Virus record (IMG/VR): IMGVR_UViG_3300047319_000532
Strand: one strand, 5' to 3'
DNA from: a virus
DNA length: 64,000 nucleotides
Shown: positions 16,466 through 23,892 of the stretch, piece after piece
Layout of the letters: each line of letters starts with the position of its first letter
How positions within the stretch are numbered: position 1 is the first letter of the stretch
The notes under the pieces: model-generated
Database searches by the model: none
Told to the model about the DNA's origin: nothing
What the model saw: the letters and a program-made list of their open reading frames with translations, nothing else
Translations under genes and position numbers: made by a program

Positions 16466-16708
16466 TCAGAAGCGGCTGCTGTCGATGCCGTGCTCAGCGG
16501 CGAGCGCCTTGCCTTCGGCGGTGAACTGGATCCAGACGCCATCATCATTGAAGGTCTTGATCAGGCCAGCCTGCTTGAGCTGGGTGAGGTTGCCGCGCTC
16601 TTCCTTGGAGCCGCCGACGTTGCCGCCGACCAGCGGCGTGCCGCTCCAGTTGTCGGCGTCATTGGCGTAGGCGAGGAAGACGCGAAGGGATTCGGTGGTG
16701 ATGGTCAT
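16466..16708 (-). CDS. hypothetical protein
   Basis: 80 aa, first gene of the leftward operon from the promoter at 16739-16767. Confidence 0.65.
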   Translation of the reverse strand: MTITTESLRVFLAYANDADNWSGTPLVGGNVGGSKEERGNLTQLKQAGLIKTFNDDGVWIQFTAEGKALAAEHGIDSSRF

Positions 16709-16738
16709 TTGCTTGCTCCGTTCAAATCAACTGTCCCT

Positions 16739-16767
16739 AACTTATCGACAGGCGCATACGCTGTCAA
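16739..16767 (-). promoter_or_regulatory. sigma70-like promoter (class II element)
   Basis: Minus strand TTGACA(16767-16762)-17 bp-TAAGTT(16744-16739). Spacer GCGTATGCGCCTGTCGA. Confidence 0.55.
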
Positions 16768-16792
16768 TCTAACTTTGTGAAAAATTAGAGCC

Positions 16793-16801
16793 TGTGGATA
16801 A
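16793..16801 (-). promoter_or_regulatory. consensus DnaA box TTATCCACA (second copy)
   Basis: Plus strand TGTGGATAA. Again 25 bp upstream of the leftward -35, and 11 bp from the rightward -35 at 16813. Confidence 0.5.
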
Positions 16802-16812
16802 CTTTCTCGCTG

Positions 16813-16841
16813 TTGACAGGCGCATACGCATGTCATAGGAT
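16813..16841 (+). promoter_or_regulatory. sigma70-like promoter (class II element), divergent from 16767
   Basis: TTGACA(16813-16818)-17 bp-TAGGAT(16836-16841). Spacer GGCGCATACGCATGTCA. Confidence 0.55.
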
Positions 16842-16871
16842 TGGGACAGGTTGAAGCGAAGGAGAACGCAG

Positions 16872-17105
16872 ATGCACAAGACCACCGAAACCCTGAAGGC
16901 CGAAGGCTCCTACCGCAAGGCGGGCGCGCTGGCCGCCCGGCAGGGCAAGCCCTGCTCCTACGGCTGTCACTACGGCATGCGCTCGAGCCGCGCGCTGGCC
17001 ATCGCCGAGTTTCACGAGGGCTACGCTAACGAGCGCGCCCTGCAAGTCATACAGGCTGGCGGCGAGCGTCTGGTCTGCTCCAACCGGATCATCTGGGGGC
17101 AGTGA
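16872..17105 (+). CDS. hypothetical protein
   Basis: ATG 16872 after gaaggagaacgcagATG, inside track ORF 16851..17105. Confidence 0.6.
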   Translation: MHKTTETLKAEGSYRKAGALAARQGKPCSYGCHYGMRSSRALAIAEFHEGYANERALQVIQAGGERLVCSNRIIWGQ

Positions 17106-17290
17106 TGGTCGAGCACATCATCCTCGCCCAGATCAGCGACCGCATCACGGTCGAGGAGTGGCCCGAGCAGACCTTCTGGCGCTGGGTCGTGGCTACTGAG
17201 CTGCCGTCGGGCCACTCGAGCCGCTGCCGCGAGATTCGCGCCTACGCCAGCAAGGCGGGCGCGCTGCGCGCCGGACGGAGGCGCAAATGA
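17102..17290 (+). CDS. hypothetical protein
   Basis: 62 aa, GTG 17102 or ATG 17105, overlapping the previous stop. Confidence 0.55.
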   Translation: MMVEHIILAQISDRITVEEWPEQTFWRWVVATELPSGHSSRCREIRAYASKAGALRAGRRRK

Positions 17291-17463
17291 GCGACAAATA
17301 TCTGGCGTCGCAGGTCAACTACCTGACGGCGGAGCAGGCCGAACGCTACAAGCGGAAGGGCTATGTCGTCGCCCGCGACAGCCGCGACGGCACATGGACT
17401 GCGACCCGGCTGGTCGATCAGCCGGTCCAGCCCGGCCAAGCCCCATGGAGCGGACGCAAATGA
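17287..17463 (+). CDS. hypothetical protein (58 aa)
   Basis: Hand-read ORF MSDKYLASQVNYLTAEQAERYKRKGYVVARDSRDGTWTATRLVDQ.... ATGA overlaps at both ends. Confidence 0.5.
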   Translation: MSDKYLASQVNYLTAEQAERYKRKGYVVARDSRDGTWTATRLVDQPVQPGQAPWSGRK

Positions 17464-17732
17464 GCGCGCGCAAGCCAATCGCCGCCGGGACGAGGTTCGC
17501 CCGGCTGGTGGTCATCACCCGGGCCGAGAACAATGATCGAGGCTCGACCCAGCACCTGTGCCGCTGCGACTGCGGCAAGGAGACCGTCGTCCGCGGCGGC
17601 AGCTTGCGCAACGGCAAGACGCGATCGTGCGGCTGTCTGGCCAGCGACGTGCACCGCACAGTGCTGAAGCGCGCCAAGCGCGTCGGCTTCTATAGTTCGG
17701 CTTGGATCGACGACAACGAATGGGACAGCTGA
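17460..17732 (+). CDS. zinc-ribbon-like phage protein
   Basis: ATG 17460 inside track ORF 17394..17732. GTRFARLVVI...HLCRCDCGKETVVRGGSLRNGKTRSCGC motif. Confidence 0.65.
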   Translation: MSARKPIAAGTRFARLVVITRAENNDRGSTQHLCRCDCGKETVVRGGSLRNGKTRSCGCLASDVHRTVLKRAKRVGFYSSAWIDDNEWDS

Positions 17733-18517
17733 TGCCTTATAAAACCATGACCAAAATCGAAGGCCGCGACGACTTGCTGCCCAGCCAGCTGGTGTTCGCG
17801 TGCCGGGAAGACATCGACGCCGCGGTCGCCTGCATGCGCGATCGCGTGCCGAACATCCAGCAGGTGATCGTCGTCGAGACGGAGGACGAGCCGACCCATC
17901 GCTGGGCGTTCGACGGCGTCTTGGCGGTCGAATCACGGCAGGCGCGCATCGATCGCCTTGTCGCCAACGCCCAGAATGTTGCGGCGCGGCTCAAGGAGGA
18001 GCGGCGGCAACAGGGCCCATGGTTCACCCTCAAACACACTGGCCCGGAGACGGTCGAGCTGCGCGAGCTGGGCGTGACCAATATCAAGGGCAAGCAGATC
18101 GGCGTCAGGATCCGCCGCACGCCCGGCGAATTTATCGAGGATCCTGATGGCGACTGGCGCAACTGGCGCAGCAGTGATGGGCGCAAGGCTGGCCCGGTGA
18201 TCACGCTGCACGCCGACTGGACGCTCGACGGGCGCATATCCAGCTCAGGGGCGATCTTTGAGGTTGAGCCGCCTGAAGCCTGCGAGGCGGCGCTCGAGCG
18301 GGGGATACAGCAGCGGATCGACAAGGCGCAGCGCCTGCACGACAAGGCGGCGGGCATAACTCCGCCAAAGCTTCACCAGCGGCTGACCGAGCTGGCCGAT
18401 CGCTTGGACAAGGGCGAATATGTCACGCTGGCGCAGGATGTAGCATTGATTCGCAAGGCCGCCATGGCGTTGAGCGGCGGCGCTATCAATCTGAAGAAGG
18501 AGAAAAAGCATGTTTGA
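17732..18517 (+). CDS. hypothetical protein
   Basis: ATG 17732 (TGATG coupling) inside track ORF 17702..18517. Confidence 0.65.
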   Translation: MPYKTMTKIEGRDDLLPSQLVFACREDIDAAVACMRDRVPNIQQVIVVETEDEPTHRWAFDGVLAVESRQARIDRLVANAQNVAARLKEERRQQGPWFTLKHTGPETVELRELGVTNIKGKQIGVRIRRTPGEFIEDPDGDWRNWRSSDGRKAGPVITLHADWTLDGRISSSGAIFEVEPPEACEAALERGIQQRIDKAQRLHDKAAGITPPKLHQRLTELADRLDKGEYVTLAQDVALIRKAAMALSGGAINLKKEKKHV

Positions 18518-18800
18518 CTGGCTGCGCAACAAGTTCAAGAAAAGATCGATGGTGATCACCTACGCGCCGCCGCCGCCTGAAGGCGCGCCTGAAGATCCGT
18601 ACACCACTTATCTGAAGCGGGGACAGAACTTCGTCTGCACCTACTGCGGCGGCATCGACTTTTACGACGGCCCGTCTGGCGGCATGAGCACCAACAAGCT
18701 GTGCGCCAACGAGGCGTGCCGCCACAAGTTCAACTATACAGCGTTCATCAACCGGGTTGATGACCTGCGCAGCACATGGGAGCGCCGCCTTGAAGACTGA
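18510..18800 (+). CDS. hypothetical Cys4 zinc-ribbon-like protein
   Basis: 96 aa. CTYCGG...CANEAC pattern. Confidence 0.6.
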   Translation: MFDWLRNKFKKRSMVITYAPPPPEGAPEDPYTTYLKRGQNFVCTYCGGIDFYDGPSGGMSTNKLCANEACRHKFNYTAFINRVDDLRSTWERRLED

Positions 18801-18978
18801 CACCTACACCGTTGAGCTGACCGTCAGCACGTGGTTCAGCATCGACGTCGAGGCGAGGAACCCCGATGAGGCTGAAGCGGCGGCGCTGGCCCGCTACCGG
18901 AGCAGCCCCAGCCCCCGGGCCGACTTCGCCTGCGGCGACGACGAGCCGACCGTCGATGGCGTGACCAAGACAAGCTGA
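18757..18978 (+). CDS. hypothetical protein (start uncertain)
   Basis: Track ORF. The real start is possibly an internal TTG near 18790. Overlaps the previous gene. Confidence 0.4.
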   Translation: MMTCAAHGSAALKTDTYTVELTVSTWFSIDVEARNPDEAEAAALARYRSSPSPRADFACGDDEPTVDGVTKTS

Positions 18979-18980
18979 TC

Positions 18981-19009
18981 TTGCGAAGCGTATGCGCCTG
19001 ATCCATAAT
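18981..19009 (+). promoter_or_regulatory. sigma70-like promoter (class II element) ahead of the packaging genes
   Basis: TTGCGA(18981-18986)-17 bp-CATAAT(19004-19009). Spacer AGCGTATGCGCCTGATC. The TerS ATG lies only 8 nt after the -10. Confidence 0.55.
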
Positions 19010-19016
19010 CGGGCGC

Positions 19017-19547
19017 ATGGGCACACCTCCTCTCGTTTACCGCACGCCGCGCAAGGATCCCTGCGAATACAAACTGCCGTGGCGTGCGGTCTATTCGCCC
19101 TTCGTCGCCGAGCGAATCTGTGACGAAGTGGCCTCGGGCCGCACCCTCGACCGCATCGCCATCGAAGAGCCATGGGCCCCGAGCGCCCGCCAGATGCGCT
19201 ACTGGCTCAACGAGCACCCTGATTTCAAAGTCATCTATTACGACGCCATGCACATGCGGGCCGAAAAGGCGGCGCAGGAGATTCTCGAGGTGGCCGACGA
19301 CCTGACGGTCGATCCCGAAGACCGCAAGATCATGATCGCCGCCCGGCAGTGGCTGGCGGGCAAGCTCAACCCGCGGGACTGGGGCGAGCGCAAGATCCTC
19401 GAGCAGAACATCAACGCCACCGTCAAGGCGGTGCAGCAGCTCGACGTCAGCCATCTGAGCACGCCGGAGCTGCATGCGGCCCGGGCGGCTCTGGCTTCGA
19501 TCGTTGACGTGGTCGAGGGGAGCGACGAGGATGACGACACCGATTAA
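19017..19547 (+). CDS. terS: terminase small subunit
   Basis: ERICDEVASGRTLDRIA...QMRYWLNEHPDFKVIYYDAMHMRAEKAAQEILEVAD...RQWLAGKLNPRDWGE matches the TerS pattern I know from podophages. Sits just upstream of TerL. Confidence 0.7.
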   Translation: MGTPPLVYRTPRKDPCEYKLPWRAVYSPFVAERICDEVASGRTLDRIAIEEPWAPSARQMRYWLNEHPDFKVIYYDAMHMRAEKAAQEILEVADDLTVDPEDRKIMIAARQWLAGKLNPRDWGERKILEQNINATVKAVQQLDVSHLSTPELHAARAALASIVDVVEGSDEDDDTD

Positions 19548-19743
19548 GACCCGCATCACGGTCGATATAGACGGCGAGAAGACCAGCGTGATGCCGCTGG
19601 GCCTTGAGTGGAACGGTGCCTGCTGGATTCTGCGCGGCTGGGAGACCGGCAAGGACGAGCCAGCGCGCGCCTTCGTCATCAAGGAAGTCAGCGTCAACGC
19701 CACGGAGGACAGCCATGGTCGATGTGTTGAACAAGATCCTTGA
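19531..19743 (+). CDS. hypothetical protein
   Basis: ATG 19531 inside track ORF 19474..19743. Confidence 0.55.
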   Translation: MTTPIKTRITVDIDGEKTSVMPLGLEWNGACWILRGWETGKDEPARAFVIKEVSVNATEDSHGRCVEQDP

Positions 19744-19921
19744 CTGGTGGGCTGGCCTCAAGCGCAGCGTTGACACCGACATCACGTGGCCGCTGATCAA
19801 GGTGCGCCATGAGACGCTCGAGGGCGCGCGGCACGAGTTTTGGACGCATGTCTGCGCCGACCCGGCGTGGCTGCGGCTGGGCCTCGACGAGGCGCACAAA
19901 CGCATTGAAGCCCTGAAATGA
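19715..19921 (+). CDS. hypothetical protein
   Basis: ATG 19715 after ggagga, inside track ORF 19604..19921. Confidence 0.55.
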   Translation: MVDVLNKILDWWAGLKRSVDTDITWPLIKVRHETLEGARHEFWTHVCADPAWLRLGLDEAHKRIEALK

Positions 19922-20025
19922 CCATGACTGACGCCCTGTGGCCGGTGCTGGCTGTTATCGTGCTGTTCAGTATCGGCGTTGGGCTCGAGGCGGCATACCA
20001 TGCCATTAAGAAGGCCCTGAAGTGA
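19918..20025 (+). CDS. tiny membrane peptide (35 aa)
   Basis: Hand-read MTMTDALWPVLAVIVLFSIGVGLEAAYHAIKKALK. ATGA overlap upstream and GTGA overlap with the TerL start. Confidence 0.45.
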   Translation: MTMTDALWPVLAVIVLFSIGVGLEAAYHAIKKALK

Positions 20026-21650
20026 CCACAATCAGCCTGCCCAGAACGATCGACGCCCACGCCCTGAAGCGGTCGATCGACAAGGAGCTGTGCGAGCGCA
20101 GTCTGGCTGATTTTGTCAAGATGGCGTGGAAGCACATCGAGCCCGGGCAGGTCTATTTTCACAACTGGCACATTGATTTCATCTGCCAGCATCTCGAGGC
20201 GATCGAGCGCGAGGAGCGCGTCGATGACGAAGTCTACAATCGTTTATTGATCAACGTCCCGCCCGGCATGATGAAGTCGATGCTGGTCGGCGTGTTCTTT
20301 CCGGCATGGCTGTGGGGGCCGCGCAACAAGGCGCACCTGCGCATCCTCGCCGTCAGCCACAACATCGAGCTGGCTGAGCGCGACAACATGCGGATGCGCC
20401 GCCTGATCGAGAGCGAGTGGTATCAGGATCTGTGGGGCGATCGCGTCATCCTGACCAGCGACCAGAACGCCAAGCGGCGCTACGAGAACACCGCCACCGG
20501 CTGGCGCATGGCGGTCGCCGCGGGCGGCGTCACCGGCTGGCGCGCCGACATCGTGATCGTCGATGACCCCCATAGCGTCAAGGGCGGCGACAGCGACGCC
20601 GATCGCCAGACCGTCTGCACGTGGTTCCGCGAATCCCTGCCGACCCGCCTCAACCGGCCCGACTCCAGCGCCATTATCGTGGTCATGCAGCGGGTGCACG
20701 AGAACGACGTCAGCGGCACCATCCTCGACGGCGACATGGGCTACGACCACATCATGCTGCCGATGCGCTTCGACCCCGACCGGGCCTGCGGGACCAGACT
20801 GGGCTACGAGGATCCGCGCCAGATCGACGGCGAGCTGCTGTTCCCGGCCCGCTTTCCGCTGGCGGTGGTCGATCGCGACGAGAAGATCCTCGGGCCCTAC
20901 GCCACCGCCGGGCAGATGCAGCAAGCGCCGACCCCTCGAGGCGGCGGCGTGGTCAAGGACGCCGACTGGCTGCTGTGGGTCCAGCCCGAGTACCCGCCGC
21001 TCGACTTTATTCTCGCCTCGATCGACACCGCCTACACCGAAAAGACCCAGAACGACTATAGCGCCATGACGGTGTGGGGCGTGTTCTCGGGCGAGCACGA
21101 CAAGATGACGACGCGCGGGGCCGATCGCTACGGCAAGCCGTTCCCGATGCCCAAGGGCGGCGGCCCTGAAGGCATGAGCAAGATCGTGCTGATGTTCGCA
21201 TGGCAGGACCGGCTGTCGATCCATGATCTGGTCAAACGGGTGGCCGAAACCTGCAAGTCGATGAAGGTCGATCGTCTGCTGATCGAGAGCAAGGCCAGCG
21301 GCATATCGGTGTCGCAGGAGCTGCGCCGCCTCTACGCGCATGAGCCATGGGCGGTCCACCTCATCAACCCGGGCAATCAGGACAAGCTGTCGCGGCTGCA
21401 CAGCGTCGAGCATTTCTTCGCCGAAGGTATGGTGTATGCGCCCAACAAATCATGGGCCGAGCTGGTGATCCGGCAGGTCGCCAGCTTTCCCAAGGCCAAG
21501 CACGATGATTTGACCGACACCGTCAGTCAGGCCATCCGCCACCTACGCGATTCCGGCCTGCTAATTCGCTCGGAAGAGCATCTGGCTGACCTTGCCAACG
21601 AGATGGATTTCAATAATGTTAAGCAGCCCCCGCCTCTGTATTCGGTTTGA
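20022..21650 (+). CDS. terL: terminase large subunit
   Basis: 542 aa. ATPase Walker A-like VPPGMMKS, Walker B IVIVDDPH and a C-terminal nuclease-type region (ASIDTAYT...KHDDLTDT). Confidence 0.9.
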   Translation: MTTISLPRTIDAHALKRSIDKELCERSLADFVKMAWKHIEPGQVYFHNWHIDFICQHLEAIEREERVDDEVYNRLLINVPPGMMKSMLVGVFFPAWLWGPRNKAHLRILAVSHNIELAERDNMRMRRLIESEWYQDLWGDRVILTSDQNAKRRYENTATGWRMAVAAGGVTGWRADIVIVDDPHSVKGGDSDADRQTVCTWFRESLPTRLNRPDSSAIIVVMQRVHENDVSGTILDGDMGYDHIMLPMRFDPDRACGTRLGYEDPRQIDGELLFPARFPLAVVDRDEKILGPYATAGQMQQAPTPRGGGVVKDADWLLWVQPEYPPLDFILASIDTAYTEKTQNDYSAMTVWGVFSGEHDKMTTRGADRYGKPFPMPKGGGPEGMSKIVLMFAWQDRLSIHDLVKRVAETCKSMKVDRLLIESKASGISVSQELRRLYAHEPWAVHLINPGNQDKLSRLHSVEHFFAEGMVYAPNKSWAELVIRQVASFPKAKHDDLTDTVSQAIRHLRDSGLLIRSEEHLADLANEMDFNNVKQPPPLYSV

Positions 21651-21663
21651 CAGGAGAACACCA

Positions 21664-22173
21664 ATGTCACGCTTCCCTCACAGCGTTGGGAATATCAAGT
21701 CTTCGATTGCTGATGCGCTCGACGAGACGCACCCGGGCGGCTACGGCGTGGGCGGCTTTGGCGCAGGGCCGACGCAGCCGGACGAAGGCCATCCGCTCCA
21801 GACGCCCGAGCAGCGCCAGAATATGGAGGAGCTGGCCCACGTCGCCGAGAATGATCGCATGCCGTCGATCCAAGGCGTCAATATGGACTTCGGCGCGGCC
21901 ATCCTGCTGATGGAGAGCGGTCTCAAGGTGCAGCGCGACGGCTGGAACGGCAAGGATATGTGGATCGCCCTGTCCGGCGTTAATGGAGCGCGCGAGGTGT
22001 ACAGCGAGAAGCTGTGGTCGAAGCCTGCCCGCGATTACGCCCGTCTGCAGCCCGGCGGCACGGTCAAAGTTTTGCCCTGCATCATCATGAAGACCGCCAC
22101 CGGCGAGCTGCTGATGGGTTGGCTCGCAAGCCAGAGCGACATGCTGGCCAAGGACTGGAGGGTTGTGCCGTGA
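21664..22173 (+). CDS. DUF2829 (Tad2-like) domain protein with a 75-aa N-terminal extension
   Basis: ATG 21664 inside track ORF 21592..22173. The C-terminal MDFGAAILLMESGLKVQRDGWNGKDMWIAL...IIMKTATGELLMGWLASQSDMLAKDWRVV is a close match to the DUF2829 signature. Confidence 0.8.
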   Translation: MSRFPHSVGNIKSSIADALDETHPGGYGVGGFGAGPTQPDEGHPLQTPEQRQNMEELAHVAENDRMPSIQGVNMDFGAAILLMESGLKVQRDGWNGKDMWIALSGVNGAREVYSEKLWSKPARDYARLQPGGTVKVLPCIIMKTATGELLMGWLASQSDMLAKDWRVVP

Positions 22174-22355
22174 CTGAAGACCAGCAGATTCAACTGCGCG
22201 TGCAGGCGCTCGCCTTCGCCAACAATCTGGCGAGCACGCTGCCGCCGCAGCAGGTCATCGAGGCGGCAGAAAAGTATTTTGCCTTTATGACAGGCGAAAA
22301 ACCGAAAAACGGAGAGGCGCGCCATGAGCCACGAGAGAGAAACCCCGAAGTTTGA
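22170..22355 (+). CDS. hypothetical protein
   Basis: GTGA overlap start, inside track ORF 22014..22355. Confidence 0.45.
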   Translation: MTEDQQIQLRVQALAFANNLASTLPPQQVIEAAEKYFAFMTGEKPKNGEARHEPRERNPEV

Positions 22356-22476
22356 TCCCAAGCCGCAGCGTCGCGAGCCTGAGCCCAAGCGCGCCGCGGC
22401 CAAGGAAGAGCCGCCGGTCGCCACCACGCGCGAGCGCAAGCCCAGATCGTGGATCGAAGGGCGGTTCAGGCAGTGA
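22324..22476 (+). CDS. hypothetical basic protein (50 aa)
   Basis: Hand-read ORF with RBS ggagagg. Overlaps the previous ORF out of frame, and its stop overlaps the next GTG start. Confidence 0.4.
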   Translation: MSHERETPKFDPKPQRREPEPKRAAAKEEPPVATTRERKPRSWIEGRFRQ

Positions 22477-22685
22477 GCGGCGAGTTTAAGCCGCCGCTGT
22501 TCACGCCGGTGCCGCCATTTGAGCCGGTGAAGCTGTGGATTGGCGTCTGTCGCGACGGGCCTTGGCAGGGCCTTCGCATGACAGCAGGTTCGCGATTTGT
22601 CTCGGCCCCTGAAGGCAATGAATATTGCAACGATGGGGCTGGTTTCTGGAATTGGGTGGAGCTGCATCATGACCGAAATCTCTGA
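22473..22685 (+). CDS. small protein with a GxCxDGPWxG module
   Basis: GTG 22473 inside track ORF 22449..22685. WIGVCRDGPWQGLRM resembles the modules in the ORF at 22953. Confidence 0.55.
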   Translation: MSGEFKPPLFTPVPPFEPVKLWIGVCRDGPWQGLRMTAGSRFVSAPEGNEYCNDGAGFWNWVELHHDRNL

Positions 22686-22956
22686 CAAAGTCGCGCCGAT
22701 CAGTGGCCTTGCTATCGATGTGGCGAAGACGCTGTGGTGCCCTTTTATCACGATCATTGCGGTGCCGCCGGTCAGCGGCACCCCCCATGTCGCCAACTCT
22801 CGCGGCATGCGGCTGGCCTACGGCGCGACTGATGAGGACATCCAGAAAAACATGAACTGCATCGCCACGCGCTGCATGTCGTGGATACCGGACGCCGTCG
22901 CGCCGACCACGCATGGCACTTGTCGGCTGATCACCGGCGTGGGAGTGAAAGCGTGA
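22669..22956 (+). CDS. Cys-motif protein (WCPF...CxxRCMSW...GTCRL), paralog of 63601..63825
   Basis: ATG 22669 inside track ORF 22597..22956. Confidence 0.6.
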   Translation: MTEISDKVAPISGLAIDVAKTLWCPFITIIAVPPVSGTPHVANSRGMRLAYGATDEDIQKNMNCIATRCMSWIPDAVAPTTHGTCRLITGVGVKA

Positions 22957-23657
22957 CTTATGCCGGGAGATGCTACGGCGGCCCATGGGATGGCCTGTGC
23001 TACGCCAACCACCTCCCGACCAAGGAGCTGTTGGCACCGGGCCCGATTTCGCTTGGCCAGTACCGGCATGACGCGACTGAAAAATGGCTGTGGGAGAGCA
23101 ATGACGTGCCGAATGTCTTTGAAAAGAACCTTAATGGCTTCCTGAACGGCGTCTGCCACGGCGGCCCGCTGCACGGCAAGGGCCTGACCCATGACAAGCC
23201 CGTCAAGGCGTTTGTCGCCACCAACACCGGCGGCTGGGATGGCGAATACCGTTACAACGATGAAATGCAGGATTGGCGGTGGAAAACCAGCAGCCAAGTC
23301 GAACTTGACGCCCTTGGCTGGGGCGGCTCCGATGTGAAGGAAAAGCCTATGAGCAGGTTAGCCGAAGAACAGGTTGAGATGCAGATCCGCGAAGGCGGCA
23401 AGACTGCGCCGCGTATTACGCCGGAAATTATCGACCAGCGCATCCGTCAGGTGAAATACTATCGCTTTCCTGACAGCACGCTGATGATCTGCGCCATCGA
23501 GCTGATGAACGGCTATCACGTCGTCGGCGAGGCTGGCTGCTCCTCGCCGATGACTTTCGATGAAACCATCGCCAAGCGCATCGCCTTCGACGACGCCCGG
23601 CGCAAGATTTGGGCGCTCGAGGGCTATGTGCTCCGCAACGTCCTGAAGGGTATGTGA
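22953..23657 (+). CDS. fusion of GxCxGGPxxG modules with an N4 Gp49 / Sf6 gp66-family domain
   Basis: GTG 22953 (track 22881). N-terminal GRCYGGPWDGLCY and GVCHGGPLHGKGL. C-terminal ...LMICAIELMNGYHVVGEAGCSSPMTFDETIAKRIAFDDARRKIWALEGYVL is the Gp49/gp66 signature. An internal ATG at 23349 could make this two genes. Confidence 0.7.
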   Translation: MTYAGRCYGGPWDGLCYANHLPTKELLAPGPISLGQYRHDATEKWLWESNDVPNVFEKNLNGFLNGVCHGGPLHGKGLTHDKPVKAFVATNTGGWDGEYRYNDEMQDWRWKTSSQVELDALGWGGSDVKEKPMSRLAEEQVEMQIREGGKTAPRITPEIIDQRIRQVKYYRFPDSTLMICAIELMNGYHVVGEAGCSSPMTFDETIAKRIAFDDARRKIWALEGYVLRNVLKGM

Positions 23658-23863
23658 TGATGAAAGCGCAGGCCACTGTCGATCGTTTCGTGTTTCCCAG
23701 CGGCATGCCGTCAAAGTCGATGTGGAAGGTCTATGTTTCGGACCCGTCACACGAGCACAGGCGCGACTACACCATCATCGCCGACGACGAAGACGCCGCG
23801 GCCAAGGAGGGATTGCGTCGTTTTCAGGCCGAACTGGACCCGGAGCCCCATCTGGACGTATAG
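23657..23863 (+). CDS. hypothetical protein
   Basis: ATG 23657 overlapping the previous stop, inside track ORF 23609..23863. Confidence 0.55.
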   Translation: MMKAQATVDRFVFPSGMPSKSMWKVYVSDPSHEHRRDYTIIADDEDAAAKEGLRRFQAELDPEPHLDV

Positions 23864-23892
23864 TCGGGCCAAACATCCCTCGAGGACGCGCC

